DNA of 64,000 nucleotides from Escherichia coli (GTDB lineage Bacteria; Pseudomonadota; Gammaproteobacteria; Enterobacterales; Enterobacteriaceae): NCBI RefSeq assembly GCF_030013205.1, contig NZ_CP122648.1; one strand, 5' to 3'. Shown piece by piece: positions 62,288 to 64,000 of this stretch (position 1 is its first letter; each line of letters starts with the position of its first letter). The notes under the pieces were generated by a model. It saw only the letters and a program-made list of their open reading frames with translations, ran no database searches and was not told where the DNA came from. The position numbers and the translations under genes were made by a program.

Positions 62288-64000
62288 TTACGCCGGAATT
62301 TTGTCAATCTTAGGAATGCGTGACCACACGCGGTGTGCTGCCATCAGCGTTAACAGTTCATCCATAAAACTACCATCGGCGCTGTCAGCTTCCACAATCC
62401 CTTCTTCACCCTGGTCAGCGACCTTGATTGTTGCTTTAAACTTGCGCGCGTCTCCTGCCAGCGCAATCGGTTTAAGGTGTTTGTAGGCTTCCATCAGGTA
62501 GTAGTTGGCATCGCCGTTGTTAGCGATATCCGCGATATTGCCGCAAGGGACAATAACCGCATCGACCGTCAGCGAAGGCGCTCCGGCAAAGGTAGCGGCT
62601 ATAGGCAGCACCGTACCGTCATCCGCAGTCACTTCACCCATTCGGGAGTAGAGCAGTTTGGCATGAACGCCTTTGGCCTTCAGCGCCTTGAGAATGGTCA
62701 GAAGGTCTGCCGATCTCACTTCATCATTAAGCAAAATCGCTACCACGCGACCTTTTACATCACCGTCAGGAATGGCGTACAGACTTAAGGATGGATCCTT
62801 TTTCAGACCGTTGACGTCCGGAGGCGGGGTGATATTCAGCTGGTCGTCAGTCAGTTCGATACCGAGATTTTTCGCCACCGCCTGGGCCAGAGTGAGATCA
62901 ATATGCGCCAGCTGGTCAACAACGCGCTCACGAATATACGGACGAACTACTTTGCTTAACTCAAAACTGAAACCATCGACAATATGGCGCTGCTCGAATG
63001 GCGTCTGACTTAGCCAGAACAGACGCGGATGGGAATAATATTCGCCAAACGATGGACTGCGCTCGCGAACTTTATTTCCTTCCACGCGTTCCTGGTATGA
63101 TTCAAAACCGCCACGTTTCGGCCCCGGCGGTGTTTCGCGCGGCCAGTTATCGTTGATCGAGTTCGGTTCATAATTCGCCGGGTTAGTGTCGATCCCCATA
63201 CGATGCATGCCGTCACGCTGGAAATTATGGTAAGGGCAGGTCGGGCGGTTAATCGGAATCTCATGGAAATTCGGCCCAGCAAGACGACTGATTTGTGTAT
63301 CGGTATAGGAGAACAAACGTCCCTGCAACAGGGGATCGTTGGTGAAGTCCAGACCAGGAACAATATGACCTGGATGGAATGCTGCTTGTTCGTTTTCGGC
63401 AAAGAAGTTATCCGGATTGCGATTGAGCATCATTTTGCCGACACGCTGAACGGGCACCAGTTCTTCCGGGATAAGTTTAGTTGGATCAAGAAGGTCGAAG
63501 TCGAACTTAAATTCATCTTCCTCAGGAATCAACTGGAAGCCCAGTTCGTATTCCGGAAAATCGCCTGCTTCAATCGCTTCCCACAACTCGCGGCGGTGGA
63601 AGTCCGGGTCACGTCCGGTTAGTTTTTGTGCTTCATCCCAAACGAGTGAGGCTTTACCTGCCAGTGGTTTCCAGTGGAAACGTACGAACGTTGCCTTCCC
63701 TTCGGCATTAATCAGGCGGAAGGTGTGAATACCGAAGCCTTCCATGGTGCGGTAACTGCGCGGGATACCGCGATCCGACATCGCCCACATCACGTTGTGC
63801 AGAGTTTCAGGTTGCAGAGAAATATAATCCCAGAAAGTATCGTGGGCGCTTTGCCCTTGTGGAATTGCCCAGTGTGGTTCTGGTTTTACCGCATGAACAA
63901 AATCAGGGAATTTATGCGCATCCTGGATAAAGAAGATTGGCGTGTTATTGCCAACAAGGTCAAAAATACCCTCTTCGGTATAGAACTTGGTGGCAAAGCC
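62288..64000 (-). CDS. katE: Catalase HPII KatE, C-terminal about 570 codons; gene continues beyond the window end
   Basis: ORF 62288..63793 plus manual translation of 63794..64000 in the same frame (...[44 protein letters not shown]...) with no stop. Confidence 0.95.
   Translation of the reverse strand, partial: GFATKFYTEEGIFDLVGNNTPIFFIQDAHKFPDFVHAVKPEPHWAIPQGQSAHDTFWDYISLQPETLHNVMWAMSDRGIPRSYRTMEGFGIHTFRLINAEGKATFVRFHWKPLAGKASLVWDEAQKLTGRDPDFHRRELWEAIEAGDFPEYELGFQLIPEEDEFKFDFDLLDPTKLIPEELVPVQRVGKMMLNRNPDNFFAENEQAAFHPGHIVPGLDFTNDPLLQGRLFSYTDTQISRLAGPNFHEIPINRPTCPYHNFQRDGMHRMGIDTNPANYEPNSINDNWPRETPPGPKRGGFESYQERVEGNKVRERSPSFGEYYSHPRLFWLSQTPFEQRHIVDGFSFELSKVVRPYIRERVVDQLAHIDLTLAQAVAKNLGIELTDDQLNITPPPDVNGLKKDPSLSLYAIPDGDVKGRVVAILLNDEVRSADLLTILKALKAKGVHAKLLYSRMGEVTADDGTVLPIAATFAGAPSLTVDAVIVPCGNIADIANNGDANYYLMEAYKHLKPIALAGDARKFKATIKVADQGEEGIVEADSADGSFMDELLTLMAAHRVWSRIPKIDKIPA

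Overview
This window is a syntenic stretch of Escherichia coli core chromosome, corresponding in reverse orientation to roughly K-12 dgcP(yeaP) through katE; gene identities come from reading the translated ORFs against remembered E. coli proteins, with no database search run. It carries about 65 genes: three GGDEF diguanylate cyclases (dgcP, dgcJ, dgcI), yeaGH, mipA, gapA, msrB, the ydjLKJIHG-ydjF-ydjE sugar cluster, pncA-ansA, sppA, selD-topB, gdhA, ynjE, the ydjXYZ-ynjABCD operon, xthA, astCADBE, spy, ves, cho, nadE, osmE, chbBCARFG and the 3' part of katE. I found no CRISPR array, prophage, toxin-antitoxin or defence island, and no convincing previously undescribed system. The departures from the K-12 arrangement are: (1) a 1432-bp IS3-family insertion sequence (IS150 subgroup, consistent with IS1397) sitting in the loop of a REP palindrome between topB and gdhA; (2) apparent absence of ynjI at that locus; (3) an in-frame TGA that splits the ydjE transporter gene. 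The least characterised functional units are the ydj sugar-acid cluster, which has a repeated GATCTG/CAGATC motif array upstream of ydjL, and the ydjXYZ-ynjABCD-ynjE membrane/ABC/sulfurtransferase block. Start codons were chosen to match known protein lengths where the ORF track gave a longer upstream start.
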